From: Thalassococcus halodurans
Lineage (GTDB): Bacteria > Pseudomonadota > Alphaproteobacteria > Rhodobacterales > Rhodobacteraceae
Direction: 5' to 3'
Assembly: GCA_950096585.1 (NCBI GenBank)
Contig: CATNDK010000001.1
Span: 104,943-168,942, forward strand
Length of the DNA: 64,000 bases
Part shown: one piece after another, positions 19,653 through 30,055 of the stretch
How positions within the stretch are numbered: the first letter of the stretch is position 1
Layout: the number at the start of each line of letters is the position of its first letter
Position numbers and translations under genes: made by a program
The notes under the pieces: generated by a model
Seen by the model: only the letters and a program-made list of their open reading frames with translations
What the model was told of the DNA's origin: nothing
Databases searched by the model: none

Positions 19653-21302
19653 TCAGGCCATCTTATCGGTGGCCATATCTCCTACGTTGTCACGACCGCG
19701 CTCTTCTAGCAGGTTGCTAAGCCAGTCCGGATCCATTTCGGGAACCGAACTCAGCAGCAGGTCAGTGTACGGATGGTGCGGCGGCGTGAACATGTCTGCT
19801 TTGGGGCCCTGTTCGATCACGCGTCCATCCTTCATCACGACAACATCATCCGCGATTGCGCGCACTGTGGCTAGGTCGTGCGTGATAAACATATAGGACA
19901 GTTTTAGCTCATCTTGTAGCTGTGCCAACAATTTAAGGATGCCTTCGGCGACAAGTTGATCAAGCGCCGAGGTCACTTCGTCGCAAATAATGAACTTGGG
20001 TTCGGCCGCCAAAGCACGCGCAATGCCCACGCGCTGCTTCTGTCCGCCGGACAATTCGCTTGGCAGGCGATCATAAAATTCAGAGGCCGGAAGTTCGATC
20101 TGGTCCATCAACTGATCAACGCGCTTGCGCTTTTCACGGCCTTTCAGCCCCATGTAGAATTCCACCGGTCGGGCGATGATTTCACCCACGGATTTGCGCG
20201 GGTTCAGTGCCGTGTCCGCCATCTGATAGATCATCTGGATTTGCCGTAACTGGTCTTTGGACCGTTTCCGGAAATCGGCGGGTAATGCGCTGCCATCCAG
20301 TTCGACTGTACCGTTCGTGGGCGGCAACAGCCCCGTGATGCAGCGCGCGGCCGTGGACTTGCCCGATCCGGATTCACCAACCACGGCAACAGTCCGGCCT
20401 TCGTGGATGTCAAAGCTTACGTCATGCAGAACGGGCGTCTGGCCATACGAAGCATTTACGTCTTTCAGGCGGATCACCGGTGTGGTGTCTGTCTGAATGG
20501 CCGGCTTGGCGGGGCGCTTAAAGCTGCGGACCGACCACAGGCTTTTGGTGTATTCTTCTTTGGGATGGGACAGCATTTCTTCTGTGCTGGCCTCTTCCAC
20601 CTCTTCCCCGCGCAGCAGTACTTTGATCCGGTCGGCCATCTGCGCCACAACCGCCAGATCGTGGGTGATATAGATCGCAGCGGTTCCGAACTGATCCACG
20701 ATATCGCGGATTGCTGCCAGCACCTCGATCTGTGTGGTCACGTCCAGCGCCGTGGTGGGTTCGTCAAAGATGATCAGGTCAGGACGACAAGACATCGCCA
20801 TTGCGGTCATCGCCCTTTGCAATTGCCCGCCCGATACCTGATGCGGATAGCGAAAGCCGATTTCCTGCGGGTTCGGCAGGCGCAGGCGTTCGTACAAACG
20901 AATGGCGTCTTCTTCGCTTTCGGCACGGCTCATAACGCCATGGCGCACAGGGCCTTCGACATGCTGGTTGATCAGCTTGTGCGCGGGGTTAAAGCTCGCG
21001 GCCGCGGACTGCGCGACATAGGCGATCCGTTTGCCCAAAAGCGCGCGTTTGTCTGGTAGCGATGCTTTGACCAGATCGACACCGTCGAACAGAACCTCAC
21101 CATCGGTGATGCGTACGCCGTCACGGGTATATCCCATCGCGGCAAGTCCCACGGTGGATTTGCCCGCACCGGATTCCCCGATTAGGCCCAGCACCTCGCC
21201 CTTTTTCAGTTCAAGGTCGATGCCTTTGATGATCGGCATCCATGTTTCATCCGACCGGCCTTCGATCTTCAGATTGGATATGCGCAGAAGGGTGTCAGAC
21301 AT
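19653..21302 (-). CDS. Peptide ABC transporter ATP-binding protein (two fused ABC domains)
   Basis: Two Walker A motifs (GESGAGKS, GESGSGKS) and two signature motifs. Confidence 0.93.
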   Translation of the reverse strand: MSDTLLRISNLKIEGRSDETWMPIIKGIDLELKKGEVLGLIGESGAGKSTVGLAAMGYTRDGVRITDGEVLFDGVDLVKASLPDKRALLGKRIAYVAQSAAASFNPAHKLINQHVEGPVRHGVMSRAESEEDAIRLYERLRLPNPQEIGFRYPHQVSGGQLQRAMTAMAMSCRPDLIIFDEPTTALDVTTQIEVLAAIRDIVDQFGTAAIYITHDLAVVAQMADRIKVLLRGEEVEEASTEEMLSHPKEEYTKSLWSVRSFKRPAKPAIQTDTTPVIRLKDVNASYGQTPVLHDVSFDIHEGRTVAVVGESGSGKSTAARCITGLLPPTNGTVELDGSALPADFRKRSKDQLRQIQMIYQMADTALNPRKSVGEIIARPVEFYMGLKGREKRKRVDQLMDQIELPASEFYDRLPSELSGGQKQRVGIARALAAEPKFIICDEVTSALDQLVAEGILKLLAQLQDELKLSYMFITHDLATVRAIADDVVVMKDGRVIEQGPKADMFTPPHHPYTDLLLSSVPEMDPDWLSNLLEERGRDNVGDMATDKMA

Positions 21303-21305
21303 CGC

Positions 21306-22478
21306 TTACTCCTTCAGCCCAGATGATTTGTGCAGCATCCAGTCCACCACAAAGTTCACCGCAACGGTCAACAATGCAATCGCGCCAGCGGCCATCAGCG
21401 GCAGCGCAGCAGCAAGCGGAGAGAAGGCGGCAAAGTTGATGAACTGCGCCAGATCACGCACCATCGTACCCCAATCGGCCAAGGGCGGCTGGATTCCGAT
21501 GCCTAGAAACGACAGCGCGGAAATCGTCAGGAAGACAAAGCAGAACCGTAGGCCCAACTCCGCCAGCAAAGGGGCCGTGGCATTGGGTAGAATTTCACGG
21601 AAAATCAGATAACCCAGACCTTCACCACGTAGTTTGGCGGCCTCGACGTAATCCATCACAACAATCGACTGCCCGACCGCGCGGGCAAGGCGGAACACGC
21701 GGGTGGAATCGATCAATGCGATGATCAGAACCATGTAAACGGTCAGCAACCATTGCTGCGAACCAGCCCATGCACTGGCGATGGTCATCAGCAGCAGGGC
21801 GAAGATCAAAGACGGGATTGCCATCAGAACATCGACGATGCGCGACAGGATATTGTCCAACCACCCGCCAAAAACAGCCGCTAAAAACCCGAGGCTGCCG
21901 CCGACAAGGAAGGCTAGGCAGACCGTCGCAAAGGCGATACCGACGGTGTTCTGCGCGCCATAGATCAGGCGCGTCAGCAGGTCGCGACCGATCTGGTCGG
22001 TTCCCAGTAGATGCGCAGGGTCACCGCCCGTTGCGGGGTTGCCGCCGGGTAGGACGTTGACGTTCTGGAACACCTCGGCCTGACCGTAGGGCGCGAGTAC
22101 GCCCGCAAAGATGGCGCAGATTGCGTAAATCAGGATCACCAAAAAGCCAAAGCTGGCGGTCAGAGGCATCTGGCGGAAAGCTTTCTTAGTCGTCTTGGTG
22201 CCGACGGTCCGACCCAGCCAGCGGAAAATAAATGCCGCGACCACAGAAATGGCCAAGCCTTGCACAAACCAGCGGAAGAACACTGCGTTGGGCTGGAACC
22301 AGAGCCAGACGCCAAACGCCAGAACAACAACGCCCAGCACATATCCAAGCGCAACTGCCAATGGCATATCGCGGAACCGCGGCTTGTTTCCGGTCACCAC
22401 CTGCGCCAGCTTTCGCAACACCCAGCTGATCGCCAAAAGGGCCAAAAGCCCACCTATGATCCAAAGCAACGTGATCAT
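21306..22478 (-). CDS. Peptide ABC permease (DppC-like) with extended N-terminal membrane region
   Basis: LLGTDQIGRD, YVEAAKLRG (EAA loop), EILPN, LSFLGIGIQPP. Confidence 0.9.
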   Translation of the reverse strand: MITLLWIIGGLLALLAISWVLRKLAQVVTGNKPRFRDMPLAVALGYVLGVVVLAFGVWLWFQPNAVFFRWFVQGLAISVVAAFIFRWLGRTVGTKTTKKAFRQMPLTASFGFLVILIYAICAIFAGVLAPYGQAEVFQNVNVLPGGNPATGGDPAHLLGTDQIGRDLLTRLIYGAQNTVGIAFATVCLAFLVGGSLGFLAAVFGGWLDNILSRIVDVLMAIPSLIFALLLMTIASAWAGSQQWLLTVYMVLIIALIDSTRVFRLARAVGQSIVVMDYVEAAKLRGEGLGYLIFREILPNATAPLLAELGLRFCFVFLTISALSFLGIGIQPPLADWGTMVRDLAQFINFAAFSPLAAALPLMAAGAIALLTVAVNFVVDWMLHKSSGLKE

Positions 22479-23470
22479 TTCGGATGCCTCAGGCGCGGGT
22501 TCGACAGGATCGACAGGATGTCCGCCAGCAGGTTCAACAGGATGTAGACCGCTGCAAAGATCAGGCAGCAGGCCTGCACCACGGGAATGTCCCTGATCTT
22601 GACGCTATCGACGAACAATTGGCCCACGCCCGGATAGACGAACACCACCTCGACCACGACAACACCCGTGACAAGATAAGCAAGGTTCAGCGCGACCACA
22701 TTGATGATCGGCGCCAGCGCGTTGGGCAGGGCGTGATGCACGATCACGCGCATCGGCTTCATGCCCTTCAGTCGCGCCATTTCGATGTAGGGGCTGGCCA
22801 GCAGGTTGATGATCGCCGCACGCGTCATCCGCATCATGTGTGCTGTGACGACAAGGGTCAGCGCCAAAGCCGGCAACATGGTTTTTTCCAACCGGTCGCT
22901 GAACGCCATGCCGTCATAAATGTTGGACAGCGACGGTAGCCACGGGTTCAGAACTGCCAGAAACAGGATCAGGATGTAGGCGACGAAGAACTCGGGGCTT
23001 GAGATCGAGGTCAGCGTGAAAACGTTGCTGACCTTGTCAAAGGCCGAGTTACGATAAAGCGCGGCCAAGATGCCAAGCCCGATGGCAAAGGGCACGGCGA
23101 TGACGGCGGTGACGCCAGCCAAGAACAGGGTGTTTTTGATGCGCGGGGCGATTTGGTCTGCAACAGTGGTGCGTGTGCCTGAATCCTCGCCTACAAAGCT
23201 GGCAAAGTTCGCTTGGGCGAACGACGTGCCCAAATCCCCCTGCAAGACGCCCGCAAGCCACGTGAAGTATCGTGTGATCGGTGGTTGATCTAAACCGAGA
23301 TCGCGGCGGATGGCGGCGACAGCCTCGGGCGTAGCGCTTTGGCCAAGGATCGCTTGCGCAAAATCCCCTGGCAGCATGTTCACAGCGGTGAAGATGATGA
23401 TCGACACGACGAACAGCGTCAGCAGGCCCAACAGTAACCTTTGGGCGATGATTTTCGGTACCGAATTCAC
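22475..23470 (-). CDS. Peptide ABC permease (DppB-like)
   Basis: LPGDFAQAILG, GDLGTS, YIEMARLKG, HALPNA; GTG start at 23470 chosen. Confidence 0.9.
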   Translation of the reverse strand: MNSVPKIIAQRLLLGLLTLFVVSIIIFTAVNMLPGDFAQAILGQSATPEAVAAIRRDLGLDQPPITRYFTWLAGVLQGDLGTSFAQANFASFVGEDSGTRTTVADQIAPRIKNTLFLAGVTAVIAVPFAIGLGILAALYRNSAFDKVSNVFTLTSISSPEFFVAYILILFLAVLNPWLPSLSNIYDGMAFSDRLEKTMLPALALTLVVTAHMMRMTRAAIINLLASPYIEMARLKGMKPMRVIVHHALPNALAPIINVVALNLAYLVTGVVVVEVVFVYPGVGQLFVDSVKIRDIPVVQACCLIFAAVYILLNLLADILSILSNPRLRHPK

Positions 23471-23555
23471 GTGTTCTTCGTTGGTCTTGCCAATTGGGTT
23501 CTGGTGAACCCGCAGCGAAACACGGCAGGGATGGTACGTCAACGCAAAGACGACG

Positions 23556-23580
23556 AAAAGCGACTTTTAATGTCGCTTTT
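23556..23580. terminator. Intrinsic terminator after pip
   Basis: AAAAGCGAC-TTTTAAT-GTCGCTTTT. Confidence 0.65.
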
Positions 23581-23583
23581 AGA

Positions 23584-24564
23584 CTAAGAGGTGAGAGTCT
23601 GCGCAAATTCATCCATAGCGCGGACAAGTTCGGCGCTGATACCCGGCTCAGACAGGGCATGGCCCGCGTTGCGCACCATGCGCAGCTCGGACGCTTTCCA
23701 GCTTTCTGAAAGTTCCCACGCGCGCTGCGGCGGGCAGATCATGTCGTACCGGCCCTGCACAATGACGCCGGGAATGTGCTGGATCCGGTCGATGTTGTTC
23801 AGAATCCAACCGTCTTCTTCAAGGAAGCCGCGGTTGATGAAGTAGTGGTTTTCCAGCCGCGCAAAGGCGCGGGCATATTCACCGGGCGCATCGCCGCCAT
23901 TGCCGTTTGACGCAACTGAAGCCAAGGCATTTTCCCACGACGACCATGCGCGCGCGAAATGCGTTTCGATCCGCAAATCGCCACTGAACAGGCGGCGATG
24001 ATAAGCCCCGATCATATCGTCGCGCTCTTCAGGCGGGATCAGGCGGGCAAAGCGCGCCCAAGTTTCCGGCCAGAACTGTCCGGCACCGCCGCCGTAGAAC
24101 CAATCAAGCTCGGCCTGTGTCATCAGGAAGACACCGCGCAGAACAAGCGCACGAACCGACTCGGGATGACTGATGGCGTAAATCAGCGCCAAAGTCGCAC
24201 CCCATGACCCGCCAAAGACGATGAACTTTTCGATCCCCAGCTCTTCACGGATGTGTTCGATATCGGCAACCAGATCCCATGTGGTGTTCGCCGTGACGCT
24301 GGCATGGGGGCGCGACCGCCCGCAGCCGCGCTGGTCAAACAGGATCACGCGGTAGACAGAAGGATCGAAATAGCGACGCATCGCAGGGCTACAGCCCCCG
24401 CCCGGTCCGCCATGCAGAACGATCACGGGGATGCCCTCTGGATTTCCGCACTGTTCGACATAGATGGTGTGTCCATCAGAAACGGACATCATCCGCTGAT
24501 CGAACGGATCGATCGGCGAATAAAGATACTGAACTGCGCGTTTTTGGCCCAAGTCTTTGTCCAT
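23584..24564 (-). CDS. pip: Proline iminopeptidase
   Basis: LHGGPGGG, FDQRGCGRS, GGSWG nucleophile, QGRYD, AGHA. Confidence 0.95.
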   Translation of the reverse strand: MDKDLGQKRAVQYLYSPIDPFDQRMMSVSDGHTIYVEQCGNPEGIPVIVLHGGPGGGCSPAMRRYFDPSVYRVILFDQRGCGRSRPHASVTANTTWDLVADIEHIREELGIEKFIVFGGSWGATLALIYAISHPESVRALVLRGVFLMTQAELDWFYGGGAGQFWPETWARFARLIPPEERDDMIGAYHRRLFSGDLRIETHFARAWSSWENALASVASNGNGGDAPGEYARAFARLENHYFINRGFLEEDGWILNNIDRIQHIPGVIVQGRYDMICPPQRAWELSESWKASELRMVRNAGHALSEPGISAELVRAMDEFAQTLTS

Positions 24565-24613
24565 AGCCTAGCTATATGAGACAAGCAGGGCAGATGACCA
24601 TGGGATTCTCGAC

Positions 24614-25357
24614 ATGACCGACACTCAAACCACAGTTGACCCGGCAGAAGTTGCTAAATTCGAGGCAATGGCTGCCGAATGGTGGGACCCGAAGGGCAAG
24701 TTCAAGCCGCTTCATATGCTCAACCCCTGCCGGTTGGATTATATCACATCGCAGATCGCGGCTGAATTTGATCGTGATCTATCGGCGGAATCGCCCTTTG
24801 CCGGTCTTCGGTTGCTGGATATCGGCTGTGGTGGCGGCTTGCTTTCCGAACCCATGGCGCGTCTTGGTGCCACTGTCGTGGGTGTGGACGCTGCCGAACG
24901 GAATATTCCCGTGGCGCAGGCCCATGCTGCGCAGTCCGGTCTGGACATCGACTATCGTCACAACACGGCCGAGGCGCTGGCCGCAGCGGGTGAACAGTTC
25001 GACATCGTTCTGAACATGGAGGTCGTCGAACATGTGGCCGATCCGCTGGCCTATCTGACAGCCTGTGCACAGCTTTTGAAATCTGGCGGGCTGCACATCT
25101 GTTCGACCCTGAACCGCAATCCCAAAAGCTTTATGATGGCAATTGTCGGTGCCGAACATGTGATGCGCTGGCTGCCCAAGGGCACACATGAATGGTCCAA
25201 ATTCATCACGCCGGACGAACTGTTCGATCTTCTTTCGAAGTCGGGTGTCACGCCCGTGGATCGCAAAGGGATGGTGTTCAACCCGATCACGTGGTCATGG
25301 TCGCTTTCCGACCGCGATCTTAGCGTCAACTACGTGACGGCCTCGGTCAAACCCTAG
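24614..25357 (+). CDS. ubiG: Ubiquinone biosynthesis O-methyltransferase
   Basis: [38 protein letters not shown]. Confidence 0.96.
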   Translation: MTDTQTTVDPAEVAKFEAMAAEWWDPKGKFKPLHMLNPCRLDYITSQIAAEFDRDLSAESPFAGLRLLDIGCGGGLLSEPMARLGATVVGVDAAERNIPVAQAHAAQSGLDIDYRHNTAEALAAAGEQFDIVLNMEVVEHVADPLAYLTACAQLLKSGGLHICSTLNRNPKSFMMAIVGAEHVMRWLPKGTHEWSKFITPDELFDLLSKSGVTPVDRKGMVFNPITWSWSLSDRDLSVNYVTASVKP

Positions 25358-25794
25358 GTCGTTGTTTCAAGTTTGACCCGCAGGTCGCGCAGCACCGGCA
25401 GCGCGGCCCGCACCTTGTCATCGCCCAGATCAGCCACAGTTTCGTTGATCAACGGCGTGATTGCCGCCAACGCCGCATCCCGCGCCTGTGCGCCCGCTGG
25501 GCTGATCGCAACCAACTTGCGCCGCGCATCATCCCAATCGGGGCGGATGTGCACGTAGCCCGCAATTTCCAGCTTGGACAGCGTGTTGGTCATCGCGCCA
25601 CGGGTGACGTGAAAGCTTTTGGCCAATTGGGCGGGCGTGCGTTCATCCCCGATGCCCGCCAAGTGGTTAAGTACCGAAAAGTGCGAGATTTCCATTTTGT
25701 TCGGCAAAACCCTCGTCAGCCTGTTTCGCAACAGCTGATCGGCAGTCAGGATTTCACTGATCAGCGAAATCGCAAGGGCGTTCTGTTCACTCAT
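25354..25794 (-). CDS. MarR-family transcriptional regulator
   Basis: [31 protein letters not shown]. Confidence 0.88.
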   Translation of the reverse strand: MSEQNALAISLISEILTADQLLRNRLTRVLPNKMEISHFSVLNHLAGIGDERTPAQLAKSFHVTRGAMTNTLSKLEIAGYVHIRPDWDDARRKLVAISPAGAQARDAALAAITPLINETVADLGDDKVRAALPVLRDLRVKLETTT

Positions 25795-26626
25795 CAGGTC
25801 CTGAAAACGTCCTGTCGTGGGTCAAGGCGGGTATCTTACTCCGGGCTTTCTGCACGTCGCTGACGTCCAGATCAACCACGAAGACCCCGGTGTCGGTTCC
25901 GGCGTCCAACAAAACGTCGCCCCAAGGCGAAACCACCAAGGAATGCCCATAAGTTTTGCGGGTCGGGCCGCGGCCACTGCTATGCGTGCCTGTTTGGGCT
26001 GGGGCGATTACGAAACATCCGGTTTCTATCGCACGGGCGCGCAGCAGCGGTTCCCAGTGCGACGGGCCTGTCGCGGTCGAGAAGGCAGATGGTACTGTCA
26101 GGATGTCCGCGCCCGCTTTGGCCAGCGCGCGATACAGATAGGCAAAGCGCAGATCATAGCAGATCGACATGCCGACTTTGCCAAACGGCGTGTCCGCGAC
26201 AACCGCGCGGTCCCCCGGCGCATAGCCCGAAGATTCGCGGTAGGTCTCGGTTTCCGAGACTTGCACATCGAACATGTGCATCTTGTCGTAGTGCGCCGCG
26301 ATCTGGCCTTTGTCGTCGATCAGGAAAGACCTGTTGGCAAAGCGCGTCTCTGGTGGGTTGGATTTGATGGCAAGCGACCCCGCCAAAACCCACAGGCCCA
26401 TTTCACTGGCCGCATCGCGAAGGCCCGCTAAAACAGGGCAATCTGCTTGCGGCTTTAGCACTTCGTTCTGGTGGGTGCGCGAACCGGATAGGCAGTTTGT
26501 GACCTCGGGGGTCAACACCCACTCGGCACCTTGGGCTTTGGCGTCTGCCATCATGTCGCGAACCATGGTCAGGTTCGCGACGGGATCGTCCGAAGACGTG
26601 ATTTGTAGAAGGGCGACCTTGCTCAC
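25787..26626 (-). CDS. Carbon-nitrogen hydrolase (Nit1-like)
   Basis: TPE, YDKMHMFDV, ICYDLRF catalytic triad, ARAIET, YGHS. Confidence 0.92.
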   Translation of the reverse strand: MSKVALLQITSSDDPVANLTMVRDMMADAKAQGAEWVLTPEVTNCLSGSRTHQNEVLKPQADCPVLAGLRDAASEMGLWVLAGSLAIKSNPPETRFANRSFLIDDKGQIAAHYDKMHMFDVQVSETETYRESSGYAPGDRAVVADTPFGKVGMSICYDLRFAYLYRALAKAGADILTVPSAFSTATGPSHWEPLLRARAIETGCFVIAPAQTGTHSSGRGPTRKTYGHSLVVSPWGDVLLDAGTDTGVFVVDLDVSDVQKARSKIPALTHDRTFSGPDE

Positions 26627-26880
26627 GCGGCCAAAAGCGGATCGAGCTTGCCCGCGCGATCCAGCGCATAAAGGTCGTCACATCCGCCAACATGCGTTTC
26701 GCCGATAAAGATCTGCGGAACAGTGCGGCTGCCGTTGGCACGCTGAAGCATTTCAGGTTTGCGATCTGGGTTTGCGAAGACGTCGATTTCGGTGAATGTT
26801 ACGCCCTTATCCGTCAAAAGTTTTTTGGCGGCGTGGCAAAAGCCACAAAGAGGCGAGGTGTAGATTTCAACAGGCTGCAT
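26623..26880 (-). CDS. grxC: Glutaredoxin 3
   Basis: CGFC, TVPQIFIG, GGCDDL; start set at MQPVEIY. Confidence 0.93.
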   Translation of the reverse strand: MQPVEIYTSPLCGFCHAAKKLLTDKGVTFTEIDVFANPDRKPEMLQRANGSRTVPQIFIGETHVGGCDDLYALDRAGKLDPLLAA

Positions 26881-26908
26881 TGGGTTCTCCGTCACGGTTC
26901 CCCCTGAT

Positions 26909-27637
26909 TTAGGTATCTTTTCCCACGCGCGCTAGTGCGACAACGCGCACTTCGGCTGCTTTTGCTGTGAAACAGGCTTCGGTTGCGGCGGCCAGGGTCG
27001 CGCCGGATGTCATCACGTCATCCACAATCAGGATGTTTCGGGCTTCAATCATTGCGGCCCTTTTGGGGTTTGCTGTGATCGCATTGGTCAATGTCGCAAA
27101 GCGTGCATCGCGGTTTTTGCCATCAAGGCTTTCGGTGTGCCGAACACGCATCAATGCATCGCCACAGAATTGATGGCCGGAATGTTTGGCCAGTGCGTTT
27201 GCCAGAAGTCCCGACTGGTTGTAGCGCCGTTTCAACAGCCGCCATGGATGCAGAGGTACGGGTACGATCAGGGTGTCGTTTTCCAGCAATTCGCGGACCG
27301 CACGGGCCATCCAGATTGCAGCGGGGCCGACAATGTCGTGCCGATCACCATGTTTCAGCGCCAGAACCAGTTTGCGACCAGTGCCGCGGTACTGAAAAAC
27401 GCTGCGGCCGGCATCCCAAGGGCGGGATATCCGCAGGCAGTCATCACAGGTTTCGCCCGTGTCGCTTTCCCCAGGCAGCGGCGTTCCACACTTCCCGCAG
27501 GTCAGCCCCGCGATAAACGACGTATCGCGCCAGCAGTCGCCGCATAGACCCATGGTATTTTCCACCAAACCACCGCAGCCAAGACAGCGGGGCGGGTAGA
27601 TGATCGCAAGTGTCCTTTGCACCCAAGGGCTTTGCAT
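26909..27637 (-). CDS. comF: ComF family protein (double zinc ribbon plus PRTase domain)
   Basis: CxxC pairs, VPVPLH, RRYNQS, IVDDVMTSGAT. Confidence 0.9.
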   Translation of the reverse strand: MQSPWVQRTLAIIYPPRCLGCGGLVENTMGLCGDCWRDTSFIAGLTCGKCGTPLPGESDTGETCDDCLRISRPWDAGRSVFQYRGTGRKLVLALKHGDRHDIVGPAAIWMARAVRELLENDTLIVPVPLHPWRLLKRRYNQSGLLANALAKHSGHQFCGDALMRVRHTESLDGKNRDARFATLTNAITANPKRAAMIEARNILIVDDVMTSGATLAAATEACFTAKAAEVRVVALARVGKDT

Positions 27638-27652
27638 CCTATGTCCTTCGCC

Positions 27653-28474
27653 ATGTCAGACCAGAATCACATCACTGATCGCGCCGCTTTGCTGATGCAC
27701 CGCGCCCGTGTCACGGACCCGTCCGCTTTGTTCCTGCATCAGGCCGCAGCCGAGGATGTTCAGGATCGCCTGAGCATGATTAATAGAACCTTTACCAAGG
27801 TCGCTGTGGTCACGCCTTTTGCCGATGTGTGGCGCGCGGTGTTTCCGGATGCGGTATGTGTGGCCGACGATGACGTGCTGACGCTAGAGCCCGGCGCACA
27901 TGATCTGGTGATCCACGCCATGGCGCTGCATTGGGCGAATGATCCGGTCGGTCAACTGATCCAATGCCGTCGTTCGCTTCAACCTGATGGCCTGTGCCTT
28001 GTCCCCTGTTTCGGGGGCAACACGCTGACGGAATTGCGGGCTTCGCTTGGGCAGGCGGAAATCGAGGTGACAGGCGGCCTTAGCCCGCGTGTGGCCCCGA
28101 TGGGCGATATCCGTGATCTGGGTGCTTTGCTGCAACGTGCTGGCTTTGCCATGCCTGTGGCCGATTCCGCGACGATGACAGTTCACTACGACAGCGCCCT
28201 GCATCTGATGCGTGATCTTCGGGCGATGGGCGAAACGAATGCCCTGAACGCCCGCCTGAAAACGGTGACGCAGCGGGCCGTCCTGCTGAAAGCATCCGAG
28301 ATTTACGCAAATTCCTATAGCACTGAAGATGGCCGGATTCCTGCAAGCTTCGAAATCGTTATGCTGTCTGGATGGGCCCCTGATGAAAGCCAGCCAAAGC
28401 CACTTCGGCCTGGTTCTGCATCACAACGGCTCGCTGATAGCCTTGGAACCTTGGAAATTCCGTTGAAAGATTGA
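27653..28474 (+). CDS. SAM-dependent methyltransferase (NDUFAF5/BioC-like)
   Basis: LHWANDP, GGLSPRVAP, LQRAGFAMPVAD, LMRDLRAMGE; usual partner of comF. Confidence 0.8.
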   Translation: MSDQNHITDRAALLMHRARVTDPSALFLHQAAAEDVQDRLSMINRTFTKVAVVTPFADVWRAVFPDAVCVADDDVLTLEPGAHDLVIHAMALHWANDPVGQLIQCRRSLQPDGLCLVPCFGGNTLTELRASLGQAEIEVTGGLSPRVAPMGDIRDLGALLQRAGFAMPVADSATMTVHYDSALHLMRDLRAMGETNALNARLKTVTQRAVLLKASEIYANSYSTEDGRIPASFEIVMLSGWAPDESQPKPLRPGSASQRLADSLGTLEIPLKD

Positions 28475-28521
28475 CCCACACGTCAGGCAGTATACTTAGG
28501 CGTTAAAGGACAGGAAGGAAC

Positions 28522-29595
28522 ATGCCGCCCATGCTGGATGCATCGAACAAAGCCGTTTGCCCGGTACACGCACCCACCGACCACCCCAAGATTATGCCAG
28601 GTAAAGTCGGCATTCTGCTGGCGAACCTCGGGACGCCCGACAATTATGACTACTGGTCGATGCGTCGCTATCTGAACGAATTCCTGTCTGACCGTCGCGT
28701 CATCGACTACAGCCCGTGGCTCTGGCAGCCGCTGTTGCAGCTGATCATCCTGACCAAACGCCCGTTTTCATCGGGCGAGGCTTACAAATCGATCTGGAAC
28801 GAAGAGCAGGGCGAAAGCCCGTTGATGACGATCACCAAAGATCAGACATCCAAGATCGCCGAGTCGATGCAGGCCCGTTACGGCGATCAGGTCATGGTCG
28901 ATTTCTGCATGCGTTACGGCAATCCGTCCACGAAATCCAAAGTGCGCGAGATGATCGATGCGGGCTGCCGCCACATCCTGTTCTTCCCGCTGTATCCCCA
29001 CTACGCGGGCGCGACGTCAGCCACGGCGAATGACGAATTTTTCCGCGCCTTGATGGAAGAAAAATGGCAGCCGACGGTGCGTACCGTTGATCCGTATTTC
29101 GAACATCCGCTGTATATCGAGGCGTTGGCCCAGTCGATCGAGACGGCCTATGCCAAGCTTGAGAAAAAGCCCGATATTCTGGTCTGCTCCTACCACGGCG
29201 TGCCGAAACGCTATCTGATGGAGGGTGACCCCTATCACTGCCAGTGCCAGAAAACGACTCGTCTGCTGAAAGAGCGTCTGGGCTGGGATGACACGCAGAT
29301 CACCACGACCTTCCAGTCAAAGTTCGGTCCTGAAGAATGGCTGAAGCCCTACACCGTCGAAGAAGTCGCGCGTCTGGCTGAAGAAGACGGTAAGAAGAAT
29401 ATCGCCGTTTGTGCGCCTGCCTTCTCGGCCGATTGCATCGAAACGCTGGAAGAGATCAACGAAGAGATCAAGGAAAGCTTCGAAGAGGCTGGCGGTGAAC
29501 ATTTCACCTATATTCCCTGCCTGAATGACGATGCCGCGCATATCAAAGCGCTGTCTGCCGTGATCGAAGAAAACCTGAAGGGTTGGCTGGACTAA
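28522..29595 (+). CDS. hemH: Ferrochelatase
   Basis: LLANLGTP, MRYGNPS, SYHGVP, FQSKFGPEEWLKPYT, FSADCIETLEEI. Confidence 0.96.
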   Translation: MPPMLDASNKAVCPVHAPTDHPKIMPGKVGILLANLGTPDNYDYWSMRRYLNEFLSDRRVIDYSPWLWQPLLQLIILTKRPFSSGEAYKSIWNEEQGESPLMTITKDQTSKIAESMQARYGDQVMVDFCMRYGNPSTKSKVREMIDAGCRHILFFPLYPHYAGATSATANDEFFRALMEEKWQPTVRTVDPYFEHPLYIEALAQSIETAYAKLEKKPDILVCSYHGVPKRYLMEGDPYHCQCQKTTRLLKERLGWDDTQITTTFQSKFGPEEWLKPYTVEEVARLAEEDGKKNIAVCAPAFSADCIETLEEINEEIKESFEEAGGEHFTYIPCLNDDAAHIKALSAVIEENLKGWLD

Positions 29596-29661
29596 ATCCA
29601 AAATGAGAGTCGCTGGCGCTTAATTTTTAGGCGCCGCGTTTCATTTCCGCATCCGGAAAAG

Positions 29662-29694
29662 AAAAAAGGCGGCGCATACGCACCGCCTTTCTTT
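29662..29694. terminator. Bidirectional intrinsic terminator
   Basis: AAAAAAGGCGGCGC-ATAC-GCACCGCCTTTCTTT. Confidence 0.8.
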
Positions 29695-29711
29695 GTCTTT
29701 GATCGCGCTGA

Positions 29712-29906
29712 TTAGTCAGCGGAGATCGCAGCAGCAACCAGAGCCAGCAGGATCAGCGGGACCAGGATGCCAGCAGAGGACGATGCCTGAGCTGTTTCTT
29801 CAACAACAACAACGGGTTCCATAACCACGTCGTCTTTTGCGTAGGAACCGGCCATTGCGGATGTGCCAGCTGCTGTCAGTGCGACTGCGAGAGCGAGTTT
29901 CTTCAT
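29712..29906 (-). CDS. Small (64 aa) exported protein with signal peptide and C-terminal hydrophobic anchor
   Basis: GGAGGA RBS; MKKLALAVALTAAGTSAMA|GSYAKDDVVMEPVVVVEETAQASSSAGILVPLILLALVAAAISAD; own terminator. Confidence 0.8.
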   Translation of the reverse strand: MKKLALAVALTAAGTSAMAGSYAKDDVVMEPVVVVEETAQASSSAGILVPLILLALVAAAISAD

Positions 29907-30055
29907 TTTATCCTCCAGATAATTGCCTGCCATTCCAAACAATTTTGCGGAATAAGCAAGCCCCAAGACTTACCTCGTACTTTGTACTAAGCAGCAATCC
30001 GAGGTGATTGCAAACCCAACTTTATCCCTTCGGATAGAGCGCTGCCGATATGTCG

